This document shows positions 1 to 12,100 of a stretch of DNA of 64,000 nucleotides, in pieces; within the stretch, counting starts at the first letter, position 1; every line of letters begins with the position of its first letter. The stretch lies in contig OZ024743.1 in the NCBI GenBank assembly GCA_964016885.1, forward strand, positions 79,112,001-79,176,000, written 5' to 3'. The DNA comes from Eledone cirrhosa. Lineage: Eukaryota. The translations under genes and the position numbers were made by a program. The notes under the pieces are model-generated. The model made no database searches, was not told the origin of the DNA, and saw only the letters and a program-made list of their open reading frames with translations.

Positions 1-775
1 AAAGGAAGAAGGGTTAGCATTTACGTTAATTTGGGGGAAAAGATTTATTTACCTATATTATGAGTTATAATATTGTATATATAATCAATTAGATTATATG
101 AAGAATTATGGTTGTAAGTATTTTTATCTTATTACATTAGGATAGGTTATATGTATATAAATATCTATATATATATTAATAAATTGCGTATGTATTAGTT
201 GTTTATATATCAACTATGAGTTACGAAGGGTGTTGAATTTGTATTTTACTTAAAAAATAGGTGGTTCAAGTTGTGAGAGTAGAACAATTTGTGGATTCAA
301 AAATTTTGTTCAACATTGAGAATATTTTCAGAATATTGTTAATTTAGCGAAGCTATACAGATTATCAAACGTAAAATGCTTATGTTTGCACGATTGAGAA
401 AAATGTTTGTTTGCACGATTGAGAAAGGAAAGATAACTCCAATTTTGTTTGTTAACCCTTAAATTAGAGAAAAATTATATATTATTTTGTGTGAGATCCA
501 TTATTTTAGTCGAAAGATGTGTGAATGTTTGAATAACAAAAAGAGAGAGGAAAAATGTAATGTGTTTTTCGAAGAACTATCGTAAAGAGGATAAATTTTC
601 AGAATGTCATTTAAAGATCATCAATCTACATCTAAAAATATGTTTATAGGGGTGTCCTTACAAAAATAATGTCGGAATTAAAAATAATGTCAGATTTAAA
701 ATAGTGTAGGAAATTAAAATATTAAATATATATATTAAAAATATTATAAATATTAGATATTGAAATTTTTTTGAA

Positions 776-970
776 ATATAAAAAATATAAAAAATATAAA
801 AAATATAAAAAATATAAAAAATATAAAAAATATAAAAAATATAAAAAATATAAAAAATATAAAAAATATAAAAAATATAAAATATATAAAAAATATAAAA
901 AATATAAAAAATATAAAAAATATTTAAAAATATTAAAACATTAAAAATATTAAAAATATTAAAAATATTT
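776..970. repeat. 9-bp tandem repeat (AAAAAATAT)n in the Penelope 3' UTR
   Basis: Directly visible, about 20 copies, degenerate at the right end. Confidence 0.9.
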
Positions 971-1025
971 TAAAAATTACATTTAAATAAAAAAAATAGG
1001 ATCAATTTGAAGGTTTATAGGGACA

Positions 1026-3190
1026 TTATAAATTAAAAATAGTTCTGAATATGGAATTTTGGCGATGTTTGCAATAAGAAAATAATTCTGTTCTGAGATT
1101 AATAGAGTTTTGACAGTTAATTATGTAAAAAATTTCTTCGATACACAATTTACAGAATCTTGATAAAGCCCAATTTCGGTATGCATGTGCTTTCGAAATC
1201 GTTCTCCAAGATATTGAATATTCTATATTGTTGTCTTTTAAATCCCATATTAGATGTGAAAGTGAAGTAGAAGATTTTTTTATCAGATCTCCTAAGTGTA
1301 TGATTATGGTTATTCCAGCGTTCTTTAAATTTTGTTGAAGTGGCACCAACATAGTTAAATATTTTGTCGCTAGTTTTAACTATGCATTTATAAACTATGT
1401 TTTTGTCTAAATAATTATTTTGTAAAGGGCAGTTTGATTTGATTCTACAGTTACAATTATTAGAGTTATTGTTGTTCAGAAGGGTACCATTATTCTGAGT
1501 ATTGTTGTTAGAAATATTATTATTGCTATTTTGGTTAGTTTAGTTAAGGTTTAAATTTAAGTTTCTATTATTAATTCTATTTATATTTTGTGCTTTGTTC
1601 ATAGTAGTAGAGTAGGATAGTTTTATAGTGTGTCTGTTAAAAATAGAGTGGTATCTGTGGGTTTTAGGAAAACATCTATCTAGTGCTTTAAAGAATAGCT
1701 TTGCTAAAGGTGTTTTAACGCTTAATGAGAATGGGGGAGAGTACTAAATAATATTTCTAGTTCTAGTTTTTTTGTTTGGTTTAGTGTCTAAGTTAATACT
1801 AGGATGATATATCATCTTATTGTTATCTATGTATTTAATTTTATTCGAGTATCCTGCTCTATGTAAAGCTTCATTATAATATTCAGCCTTATCATCAAAA
1901 ATATTTTTATTAGCGGAGATGCGTGAAATCCGTTGTTGGACGCTATTGACAATAGTGTTTTTAATACTTCTAGGATGATTAGAATTGAAACTTATATAAT
2001 TTAAATTTTCGTTAATTTTATGGATAGTAAAGACCTATGCTAAGGTTTAAATTTCATCTAAGAAGTTAACAATTTTGTAGTTATTCTCTATTTCTAACTT
2101 AAGATTGTAGTTGTTGAAAAATTGTATTATGGATTTTCTTTTCCTATTAATTTCACTATTGCTATGGTTTTCAGTTAAAAGCAACATATCGTCACGATAT
2201 AAACCTCCGGTCATCTCTGGCATTTTCCTATGCAGTACATTATTAATAAATAATCCAACGAGGTCTGTGAGTTGCGCCGAGTCAGATGATCCCATAGTGA
2301 TATCAAAATTGTTTTTTCTGTCGGCTCTTGTCCAGAGATGATTATTAAATTCTATTAGTGTTTTACGTGCTGTTAGAATTATATTCATTTCATCATTAGA
2401 TAAGTCTTTATGTTTAGACGCGTATATAAGTGCTTTATTAAGTAAACTAGGAGTAATAGAGGAGTAATAATTTTCAATATCCATTTGAATGAATTTTTTG
2501 TTATGTTTTAATTTTATGTTATTGAACCAATCTATAACTTCATTAGTACCGTTCTATAGTTTAAGGTGTGATTTAACTTTAAGTAGTGGTATAATTCTAT
2601 CTAATATATGTTTGCTAATTATGCCTAAGTCCGATTTAGATGGTGCGATGAGTCTGACTGGTAGTATAATTTCAAAATTATCTTTTGTGGTCCTTCAGGT
2701 TAATTTTCGGTTTTCTAGGTATAAATTGTTCAGTCCTATGTTGGATGCCTAATTTGTAAATAATTTCAGAAGCTTCTCTATTTAGCGTTGACAGATCTTC
2801 GTTTGAAGTTATTTTGTAGTTTTTTTTCTGAGTTCTTTCAATATAAGGTTATTATATTCTTCCTTTTCCATACCATATAAATTATTAGTTTTATCAGATT
2901 TTACGAGGATCCTCTTAGTTTTTTTCAAGATTGTCTATTTTATTCTTGAGGCCTTTAAGGTACTCCTGGCCTATAAATTGTTTTTTTTTTAATTTAATAT
3001 TTTGTATAATAGATATTACTTCATTTTCAAATTCAGCTAGTAGTTTGTTGCTAGGTGGCTTCTTCTTAGATTTGAAGATATGATCAACGTTGTAACTGGA
3101 GTTATTTATTTTGTCATCCGATTTTCTATCAAAATGGAAGGCACGCCATCTAAGTCTCCGTATAAAGGAGTCAGATTTCTCAATGAGTGT
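1026..3190 (-). pseudogene. Penelope reverse transcriptase / GIY-YIG endonuclease polyprotein, disrupted
   Basis: ORF fragments 2915-3205, 2047-2484 and 1026-1352 plus intervening frames give collinear PLE motifs broken by stops and frameshifts; the N-terminus is replaced by the inverted repeat. Confidence 0.9.
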
Positions 3191-3191
3191 G

Positions 3192-3466
3192 TTTTGAATC
3201 CACAAATTGTTCTACTCTCACAACTTGAACCACCTATTTTTTAAGTAAAATACAAATTCAACACCCTTCGTAACTTATATTTCATATATAAACAACTAAT
3301 ACCAACGCAATTTATTAATATATATATAGATATTTATATACATATAACCTATCCTAATGTAATAAGATAAAAATACTTACAACCATAATTATTTATATAA
3401 TCTAATTGATTATATATACAATATTATAACTCATAATATGGGTAAATAAATCTTTTCCCCAAAATT
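3192..3466 (+). repeat. Inverted copy of 28-302 (pseudo-LTR)
   Basis: Reverse-complement match, e.g. GAATCCACAAATTGTTCTACTCTCACAAC versus GTTGTGAGAGTAGAACAATTTGTGGATTC. Confidence 0.95.
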
Positions 3467-3682
3467 TCCTAGGCATACAATAACTTATCATAATTATTTA
3501 AATTTTCCATAGCGTCTAAAATAACGTTTTTTTCAGCCCTTTTACATAAACCTCATTTGCATACTCATCTTAATAATTTGAAATATCTGACTTTTCTTCT
3601 CTTCCCTTCACTATCCAGGGATAACTTGAACCGTTAAGGTATATTATCCTTGGTTATGTCAAAATTTATAAAACACACTTCG

Positions 3683-3744
3683 TATTTTCTCTGATGATAG
3701 CGTACCAACATTTTTGGTACCCTTGAAATATATATAATAGAATA
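3683..3744 (+). ncRNA. Type I hammerhead ribozyme (Penelope pLTR)
   Basis: tattttct-CTGATGA-stem II (gtacca/tggtac)-GAAA-TATATA-TA-atagaata; palindromic stem III; stem I slightly degenerate. Confidence 0.8.
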
Positions 3745-3801
3745 AATATGGTTTTATAAATCTAGTTTTCATTTATTTAATATCATTGTGTGTATATATA
3801 T

Positions 3802-3920
3802 ATAGGAACAAGTATGACCCCGACGGCAGAGCTGAAGCCGTTTCGACGGCTATGTCTGGACTCCAGACATAGCCGTCGAAATAGCTTGAGCTCTGCCGTC
3901 GGGGTCATACTTGTTCCTAT
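3802..3920. repeat. 119-bp near-perfect palindrome of a Penelope-associated 59-bp module
   Basis: Arms centred on 3861 with a 1-nt spacer and 3 mismatches; the single module recurs at 62141-62198 and about 63248-63288. Confidence 0.93.
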
Positions 3921-3996
3921 TACCCACTCTACTACCCTAAGTATTGAGTACTTTGGTGCGTTATGGTCCATCTGGTTCCTTACCACAATTCCTTCG

Positions 3997-4074
<78 letters not shown>

Positions 4075-4365
4075 ATATAATATATAATATGTGAAAAAAA
4101 TGCATATATATGTATATCCTAAACGGACGGTAGTCCGTTTAATAATATTGTTGTGGTCGTGTTTTCGTTGGCAATCGTCTGTTTACGACAGTACAGCGCA
4201 GCTCTACTTTATTTAACTGAGATAAAACTTATATGAGCATGAACAGTAGATCATTACGCATCTTTTGGCTTAAAATCTAGAAATTTGGTCCAGTGGGAAA
4301 AAGTTTAAATCAAAGTTTGCTGATAAATCTTGTGTTCAAGTGAGTGAGTAGTAAGCGTGACGCTA

Positions 4366-4492
4366 GGGAAGGTAATCCAGAAATGACGAATTTTTTTCGG
4401 CGGAACTCTTGTGATTGTGATTACGTTAGTCAAATGTAGTCAAATCGCCGAATCCCCTCCTCCTAATTGACTACGTCATTTCTGAACGGCCC
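4366..4492. mobile_element. Small MITE-like element with imperfect TIRs and TA flanks
   Basis: Left TA-GGG...CAGAAATGACG; right CGTCATTTCTG AACGGCCC-TA (reverse complement TA-GGGCCGTT-CAGAAATGACG). Confidence 0.5.
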
Positions 4493-4669
4493 TACTTGCG
4501 TCAGTGTGAAATATTACTTCACTTTTCACTGCTAAAATGCTTTTTAAATACTTCGTTAAAAATTTATGTTTATTATCAAAGCTATTTTTTGTACCAATCT
4601 ATCAATAGTTTGCGAAAATATAGGTAAACATCTGAGTTACATTTTTTTTAATCGCATCGATCGCTTTGT

Positions 4670-5010
4670 CGCACCGACTGTGACACTGTCTGACTGACAC
4701 CTTTGTCGGACCGACACCTTTGTTCAAGCGGACAACTTTGTGTCACTGACACCTTTGTTCGTACCGGCATCTCTGCGAAACACCGATGACAACAACCAGA
4801 CCAAAATTTCACTTCATTCTTCATTCTTCTTCAAGACCGATCGCCGACCGATCGTATCGTTTGCTCTTCATATACCAGGTATTCAACAGATAGTTTGCAT
4901 TTCTAGTATTATTAACAGTCGTGCGATTTTTTGTATCGATAGGTGCGAATAGTGCGCTATATTTTTGTACTGATAGGTGCGAATAGTGCGATAGGTGCGA
5001 ATAGTGTACA
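4670..5010. repeat. Short dispersed direct repeats (GACACCTTTGT x3-4; GATAGGTGCGAATAGTG x3), resembling DNA-transposon subterminal repeats
   Basis: The motifs are directly visible; the transposon interpretation is inference. Confidence 0.55.
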
Positions 5011-5053
5011 ATATTTTCTGAGATTTGCATCCACTAATTTCGCTTAATTAAAA

Positions 5054-5833
5054 ATGATGTTTCGCGGCTTTTTTATCGGCTTATTCATTTTTTCCATGGC
5101 ACGGAAATGGAGTATTTCCATTTCGAATCAAAACTTTTCACTAAAATCGGGCAATTGGACTGATCAAATTCACATTCATGCCAGTTTTTACAAATCCATA
5201 ATTAGAAATGTGGCGAAATCGAATGACCAGAAGGTATAAAAATATTAATTCAAATGTATTTACTTATCAATAGATATTTTGTATACCTGGGGCCCGTCAG
5301 GACCAGGTAATGTTAATCGGCAACATTGTTATCTGTTGTCCTTTTGTGAAATATTGGTGGTTCATGTCGGCTCTAATGATCTGAATCCTCGTCGCACCGT
5401 TGGCACTACAAAGCTATGCAAAGTAATACAATAATTTTTTCCCAAGTATTTTTTATTAATCATTTATTTGTAAATTAAGGATAAAGTGCCCATTCGAGGC
5501 ACAAAACCGGAAAAACAGGGGAAGAGTCTCTTTGCAAGGCTACAGAAAATAGCGGAAAAGCACCACTGTACACCCATTTTCTACAGTGGTGTCATTCCAC
5601 GTCCACAAAGTGTAATTGAAAATGAAAATGACTTGGGCAAGAGAAATTCTCGTTTGGAAAAGTTTAATTACTGCATGAAAGAAATGATTCAAAAATTGAA
5701 CTTGCGCAATCTTCACAACATTGAAAATTGGTCAAAATTTGACAAATCTGACTTCAAACCAGATATGATTCATTTGAACAATGTTGGAAATCTTAAATTG
5801 ACACAAATTTTTGCCAATGTTTTTGCCACCTGA
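5054..5833 (+). pseudogene. SGNH/GDSL hydrolase-family gene, 3 exons (GT-AG introns 5234-5273 and 5423-5479), with one frameshift near 5310
   Basis: Spliced translation gives the SGNH blocks in order: KSIIRNV (I, degenerate), CIPGAR (II), VVHVGSND (III), YSGVIPRP, PDMIHLN (V, DxxH). Both introns are phase 0. AATAAA at 5871. Start position uncertain. Confidence 0.8.
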
Positions 5834-6012
5834 TCCTTGTTCTATGGCTGACTGACTAATTTTGTGACTTAATAAAATGTCATCATACTAGTAATGCACA
5901 ATGTCATTTTTAAATTTAAATGTTATTAAATAGTTGTTGCTTGCATTGCCTTAAAATAGTAACAAGAATGTACACATACTTTTTAAAAATACATCATTAT
6001 CAGTCAAATCAG

Positions 6013-6375
6013 TCAAATGTTACTAAAAGCCAGGTGGTCGATAACAACTTCTATAAGATTAGTTACATGCTCACACATTGGATCACCTCTCATCAATGGC
6101 ATTGGGTGTCTGAGATAATCGTGGAGATAACTGATGAAGTCACAAATGAAGTGATGGTCTTCCAGTGTGAACAACTCCCTATATCCATTGATATATGTGA
6201 TGGCTTCCGATTCATAGGTGCATTTTAATGAGGAATTCCATGCATCCGATTTTCGGTGATTCAATGGGCATTTTATCAGAGATGATGAGGTATTTGACCA
6301 CGTTTTGCTTTGTAAGTAAATTGGAGAGAATCACTGCAGTCAAAGTCATTTCTTTGCATGGGTTTTTGTCCATTC
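6013..6375 (-). pseudogene. Small unknown gene remnant convergent with the SGNH gene
   Basis: ttttag|aATG followed by MDKNPCKEMTLTAVILSN..., frameshifting into ORF 6013-6264; no recognisable domain. Confidence 0.35.
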
Positions 6376-6646
6376 TAAAAAGTTAAAATGATAAAGTATT
6401 ACTACTATATAACTTACATCTATTGTTGTAACACCATTGAAATGCACAAGTTTCACCAATTCACTATTATGCACTAATCATCTCAAATGCATTCATGATT
6501 TACTAGCTTTGTCATTAAGCCAGTTGCCTCAACTAGATTGCAATTATACTCAAAAGAACTTTAAAATGTCAATCACTTGTCAGTAATTCACTATGATCAT
6601 TTAATTATTAGATAGTTGTTGCTTGAATTGCCTTAAAAAATAGTAA

Positions 6647-7703
6647 ACCAGATAGAAAAATGCGTACAGCAAAAAAAAGTAATATTGTTGGAATATAAAC
6701 CTTTAAAAATACAGGACAAGAAACTAAAATAAAACTTTAAAAGAATAGGACAAGAAACTAAGATAAAACTTTAAAAGAATAGGACAAGAAACTAAGATAA
6801 AACTTTAAAGAATTGGACAAGAAATAAAAAATGTTACAATAATATTAGTGGCAACATTTTTTTATTCGTTTCCTGTGCTATGCCCCAGTATCTTCTTGAT
6901 TAGTGCATAATAATTGTCATGCTCTCATTATGCGTTGCCCCTGAGCGGTTGGTTCTGGTTGGGGTTGGTTGGCTGAGCAGTTCTGCTCCGTCAGAATGAC
7001 CATTGCAAGAAGAATTGGCCGATGCAGCTGCAGGTCTCCTCCAAGAATGCACTTCTGGTCCCGCAACACCAGACGAAGATGGAGAAGACGACCGGGACAA
7101 GATGTCGACTCTGACCACCGACTACGGCACCTCCCTCAACCACCGGTCCTCCCTCCCTCTGTACCGTCATCCCTCCAGTCCTCCTGCTCCCCCTTCCTGT
7201 ACCAGAAAGCTGTGGCACGCATTCATCTGGACTGCCGGACTTGAACTCAAGGACAAGATGCAAGGAGAAGATGGACGGATTGGTCAAGATCAAGGATGAG
7301 CGGGACGACAAGACCGTCCGCTGCTGCTCAAGATCTGTGCTCATGGGCCCATGGGTCCATTCACATTATGCATGACACATGAGGCGTGTCGCCGAATGAT
7401 GAAATAGGGGTATGGTTATGGCCCAATTGGTGTTCAAACCAGGATCAAATGATCCCCCGGTCTGACGACGACCTCTGAATGTGGAACCCAGAGCCTATGA
7501 ATGTGGAACTCGATTTTTTACCAATAAAAATTTTGCCACTAATATTATTGTAACATTTTTTATTTCTTGTCCAATTCTTTAAAGTTTTATCTTAGTTTCT
7601 TATCCTATTCTTTTAAAGTTTTATTTTAGTTTCTTGTCCTGTATTTTTAAAGGTTTATATTCCAACAATATTACTTTTTTTTGCTGTACGCATTTTTCTA
7701 TCT

Positions 7704-7706
<3 letters not shown>
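6647..7706. repeat. About 200-bp inverted repeats (6647-6862 / 7525-7706), each with a 33-bp internal tandem repeat, enclosing a GC-rich segment
   Basis: Near-identical reverse-complement match; the left arm has one more GGACAAGAAACTAAGATAAAACTTTAAAAGAAT unit than the right. Confidence 0.92.
6996..7376 (+). pseudogene. GC-rich protein-like remnant (acidic/Pro-rich), unknown
   Basis: cag|aATG, overlapping open frames (LQEELADAAAGLLQEC..DEDGEDD), AATAAA near 7523; composition differs sharply from the flanks. Confidence 0.3.
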
Positions 7707-7746
<40 letters not shown>

Positions 7747-8269
7747 GTGTATACATGTACTTAATAATAGCTTAATAATCAGAAAATAAATTATATTACT
7801 AAATCCATCTCCTATTCCTGTTGATTTGAAAATAACATAGGGTATTTTTCCTATTGTAAGAAAAGGTTAAAGTTATTTATGTTTATCTAAATACCTTCTA
7901 AGATAATTTCATGGAAGAACTTTTATGCCCTACCCATGAATTTATTAATGAGAATGTTAGTTATTTTACTAAATATTTTCAAATTCTAGTTCATTCCCAA
8001 AATGATTTCCAAATTATAGTTAGTGTGTTTCATACTACAGAAAGGGTTTAATCATAAAAAACTATATAAGATGGCTGTTATTTGAGTCAAGTATCAAATA
8101 AAGTGCAGTAATTACTGATACTGTAATTGATTAACTTCTATTTCCTCTCCGAGACTAGCCACATATGTATGACCTACATTGAGAGGATATTGGAGCATAT
8201 GGAAATATATTTCTGAGGAAATATAAATTAACAGCTTACAGTTTAATGATATTTACATTTGATTAGCCT

Positions 8270-8915
8270 CTGTTGCGAGGCGAGGAAAGGAGGCATGACT
8301 CATTGGGTCGGTACTTTATTTATCGACATCGACGGGATGAAAACTATGTTGTCCTCGCTGAGTTGAACTCAATGAGCCAGAATATTAATTTTCCGCCATG
8401 AAATTAACACGTGATGTGTATACGAGTCTTTACCTTGTGATGGAGTCATAGGGATAGAAACGTAATACGTGGCGGGTCTTGGCTATTTCAACCTTGCGGA
8501 GCCTATTTTTCTCCAGGTGTGAACACCGGGCATAAAAAAGGGCGAAAAAGAGGAAATGAGAAAGAGAAAGAATCTACCCTAGTTCTGGACCAATATTTTA
8601 TTTATGAGACGTGATAGGGTGACACTTTATTTCACGTTGCTCCAGTTTACTCAGCTGTAGAAATGAGATGATAGGACTGGGGTCCCTATCATTAATCACC
8701 CAAGACACCTCCCACAAGATATACCTGGGAGGAGGCCAGCTAAACCTGCATAGGTGTGAGCAGTCACACACACATAGGGTGAAATGCAAAGTTGACCTTG
8801 AAATGATAAAAAGCAAAGATGAACTCAGTGGAGTTTGAACGCATAGATCACAGGGCCACAATAGACACCGCCAAATATTCTCTCTGACCAGACAGCGATT
8901 CTGACACTTCACCTT
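8270..8915. mobile_element. Degenerate cephalopod tRNA-derived SINE fragments
   Basis: GGTACTTTATTTATCGAC and TTGAACTCA (reverse of the 38.5-kb SINEs); GACACTTTATTTCACGTTGCTCCAGTTTACTCAGCTGTAGAAATG shared with the 38.0-kb SINE. Confidence 0.6.
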
Positions 8916-9159
8916 AACATGTCATGCACAATAATGTTATTTGAGTATGTGTTTATTGGTTTATTGGTTCTTTTCCACACTTTTGCTCCAGTGATTAAAC
9001 ATAGTATAGAACGTCAATGGACTTCGACGAATAGTTCCTAGGGTCTATACTGAAAGATACTTCTAACAATAACTCGATCGTCTCATTTCCGATCAGTTTC
9101 TTTCCACCGTCAACGGGGAAAATTCTAGACGCCATTACACCTAGAAGAAAGAACCTGAT

Positions 9160-12100
9160 TCTGAGCCATGTGAAGAATATAGGAAGATGTTAGTCACTGT
9201 CTCCATATGACATATCTCTGAGCCATGTGAAGTCATACAGGAAGATGTTAGTCACTGTCTCTATATAATATATCTCTGAGCCATGTGAAGTCATATAGGA
9301 AGATGTTAGTCACTGTCTCTATATAATATATCTCTGAGCCATGTGAAGTCATATAGGAAGATGTTAGTCCCTGTCTCCATATGACATATCTCTGAGCCAT
9401 GTGAAGTTATATAGGAAGATGTTAGTCACTGTCTCCATATAATATATCTCTGAGTGATGTGAAGTCATATAGGAAGATGTTAGTCACTGTCTCTATATAA
9501 TATATCTCTGAGTCATGTGAAGTCATATAGGAAGATGTTAGTCACTGTCTCCATATAATATATCTCTGAGCCATGTGAAGTCATATAGGAAGATGTTAGT
9601 CACTGTCTCCATATAATATATCTCTGAGTGATGTGAAGTCATATAGGAAGATATTAGTCATTGTCTCCATATAATATATCTCTGAGTGATGTGAAGTCAT
9701 ATAGGAAGATGTTAGTCACTGTCTCCATATAATATATCTCTGGGTCATGTGAAGTCATAAAGGAAGATGTTAGTCACTGTCTCCATATAATATATCTCTG
9801 AGTGATGTGAAGTCATATAGGAAGATGTTAGTCACTGTCTCCATATAATATATCTCTGAGTCATGTGAAGTCATATAGGAAGATGTTAGTCACTGTCTCC
9901 ATATAATATATCTCTGAGTGATGTGAAGTCATATAGGAAGAGGTTACTCACTGCCTCCATATAATATATCTCTGAGTGATGTGAAGTCATATAGGAAGAT
10001 GTTAGTCACTGTCTCCATATAATATATCTCTGAGTCATGTGAAGTCATATAGGAAGATATTAGTCACTGTCTCCATATAATATATCTCTGAGTGATATGA
10101 GATCATATAGGAAGATGTTAGTCACTGTCTCCATATAATATATCTCTGAGTGATGTGAGATCATATAGGAAGATGTTAGTCACTGTCTCCATATAATATA
10201 TCTCTGAGTGATGTGAAGTCATATAGGAAGATGTTAGTCACTGTCTCCATATAATATATCTCTGAGTGATGTGAAGTCATATAGGAAGATGTTAGTCACT
10301 GACTCCATATAATATATCTCTGAGTGATGTGAAGTTATATAGGAAGATGTTAGTCACTGTCTCCATATAATATATCTCTGAGTCATGTGAAGTCATATAG
10401 GAAGATGTTAGTCACTGTCTCCATATAATATATCTCTGAGTGATGTGAAGTCATATAGGAAGATGTTAGTCACTGTCTCCATATAATATATCTCTGAGTC
10501 ATGTGAAGTCATATAGGAATATGTTAGTCACTGTCTCCATATAATATATCTCTGAGTCATGTGAAGTCATATAGGAAGATGTTAGTCACTGTCTCCATAT
10601 AATATATCTCTGAGTCATGTGAAGTTATATAGGAAGATGTTAGTCACTGTCTCCATATAATATATCTCTGAGTGATGTGAAGTCATATAGGATGATGTTA
10701 GTCACTGTCTCCATATAATATATCTCAGAGTGATGTGAAGTCATATAGGGAGATGTTAGTCACTGTCTCCATATAATATATCTCTGAGTGATGTGAAGTC
10801 ATATAGGAAGATGTTAGTCACTGCCTCCATATAATATATCTCTGAGCCATGTGAAGTCATATAGGAAGATGTTAGTCACTGCCTCCATATAATATATCTC
10901 TGAGCCATGTGAAGTCATATAGGAAGATGTTAGTCACTGTCTCCATATAATATATCTCGGAGTGATGTGAAGTCATATAGGAAGATGTTAGTCACCGTCT
11001 CCATATAATATATCTCTGAGTGATGTGAAGTCATATAGGAAGATGTTAGTCACTGTCTCCATATAATATATCTCTGAGTGATGTGAAGTCATATAGGAAG
11101 ATGTTAGTCACCGTCTCCATATGACATATCTCTGAGTGATGTGAAGTCATATAGGAAGATGTTAGTCACTGTCTCCATATGACATATCTCTGAGTGATGT
11201 GAAGTTATATAGGAAGATGTTAGTCACTGTCTCCATATAATATATCTCTGAGTGATGTGAAGTCATATAGGAAGATGTTAGTCACTGCCTCCATATAATA
11301 TATCTCTGAGCCATGTGAAGTCATATAGGAAGATGTTAGTCACTGTCTCCATATAATATATCTCGGAGTGATGTGAAGTCATATAGGAAGATGTTAGTCA
11401 CTGTCTCCATATAATATATCTCTGAGCCATGTCAAGTCATATAGGAAGATATTAGTCACTGCCTCCATATAATATATCTCTGAGTCATGTGAAGTCATAT
11501 AGGAAGATGTTAGTCACTGTCTCCATATAATATATCTCTGAGTGATGTGAAGTCATATAGGAAGATGTTAGTCACTGTCTCCATATAATATATCTCCGAG
11601 TGATGTGAAGTCATATAGGAAGATATTAGTCACCGTCTCCATATAATATATCTCTGAGTGATGTGAAGTCATATAGGAAGATGTTAGTCACTGTCTCCAT
11701 ATAATATATCTCTGAGTGATGTGAAGTCATATAGGAAGATGTTAGTCACCGTCTCCATATGACATATCTCTGAGTGATGTGAAGTCATATAGGAAGATGT
11801 TAGTCACTGTCTCCATATGACATATCTCTGAGTGATGTGAAGTTATATAGGAAGATGTTAGTCACTGTCTCCATATAATATATCTCTGAGTGATGTGAAG
11901 TCATATAGGAAGATGTTAGTCACTGTCTCCATATAATATATCTCTGAGTGATGTGAAGTCATATAGGAAGATGTTAGTCACTGTCTCCATATAACATATC
12001 TCTGAGTGATGTGAAGTCATATAGGAAGATGTTAGTCACTGTCTCCATATGACATATCTCTGAGTGATGTGAAGTTATATAGGAAGATGTTAGTCACTGT

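Larger units (their letters stand above)
1..3790 (-). mobile_element. Penelope-like retroelement (Naiad-like), degenerate, with inverted pseudo-LTR at its 5' end
   Basis: Minus-strand frameshifted ORF with PLE motifs: FIRRLRWRAFHF, LKDHK..RLIAPSKSDLGIISKHILD, RT FDITMGSSDSAQLTDLVGL and GLYRDD, CNC-x5-CPL linker, IVY..YVG (GIY-YIG), CKLCIEE. The 3' UTR segment 28-302 recurs inverted at 3192-3466 and leads to a hammerhead at 3683. Confidence 0.92.

Noticed and set aside
3805-3860. SECIS element (ATGA..stem..GA)
   Set aside because: No apical AA motif or correctly placed GA quartet, and no in-frame Sec codon seen in the adjacent ORF.
8598-8912. 104-aa ORF
   Set aside because: It overlaps SINE-derived sequence and has no recognisable domain.
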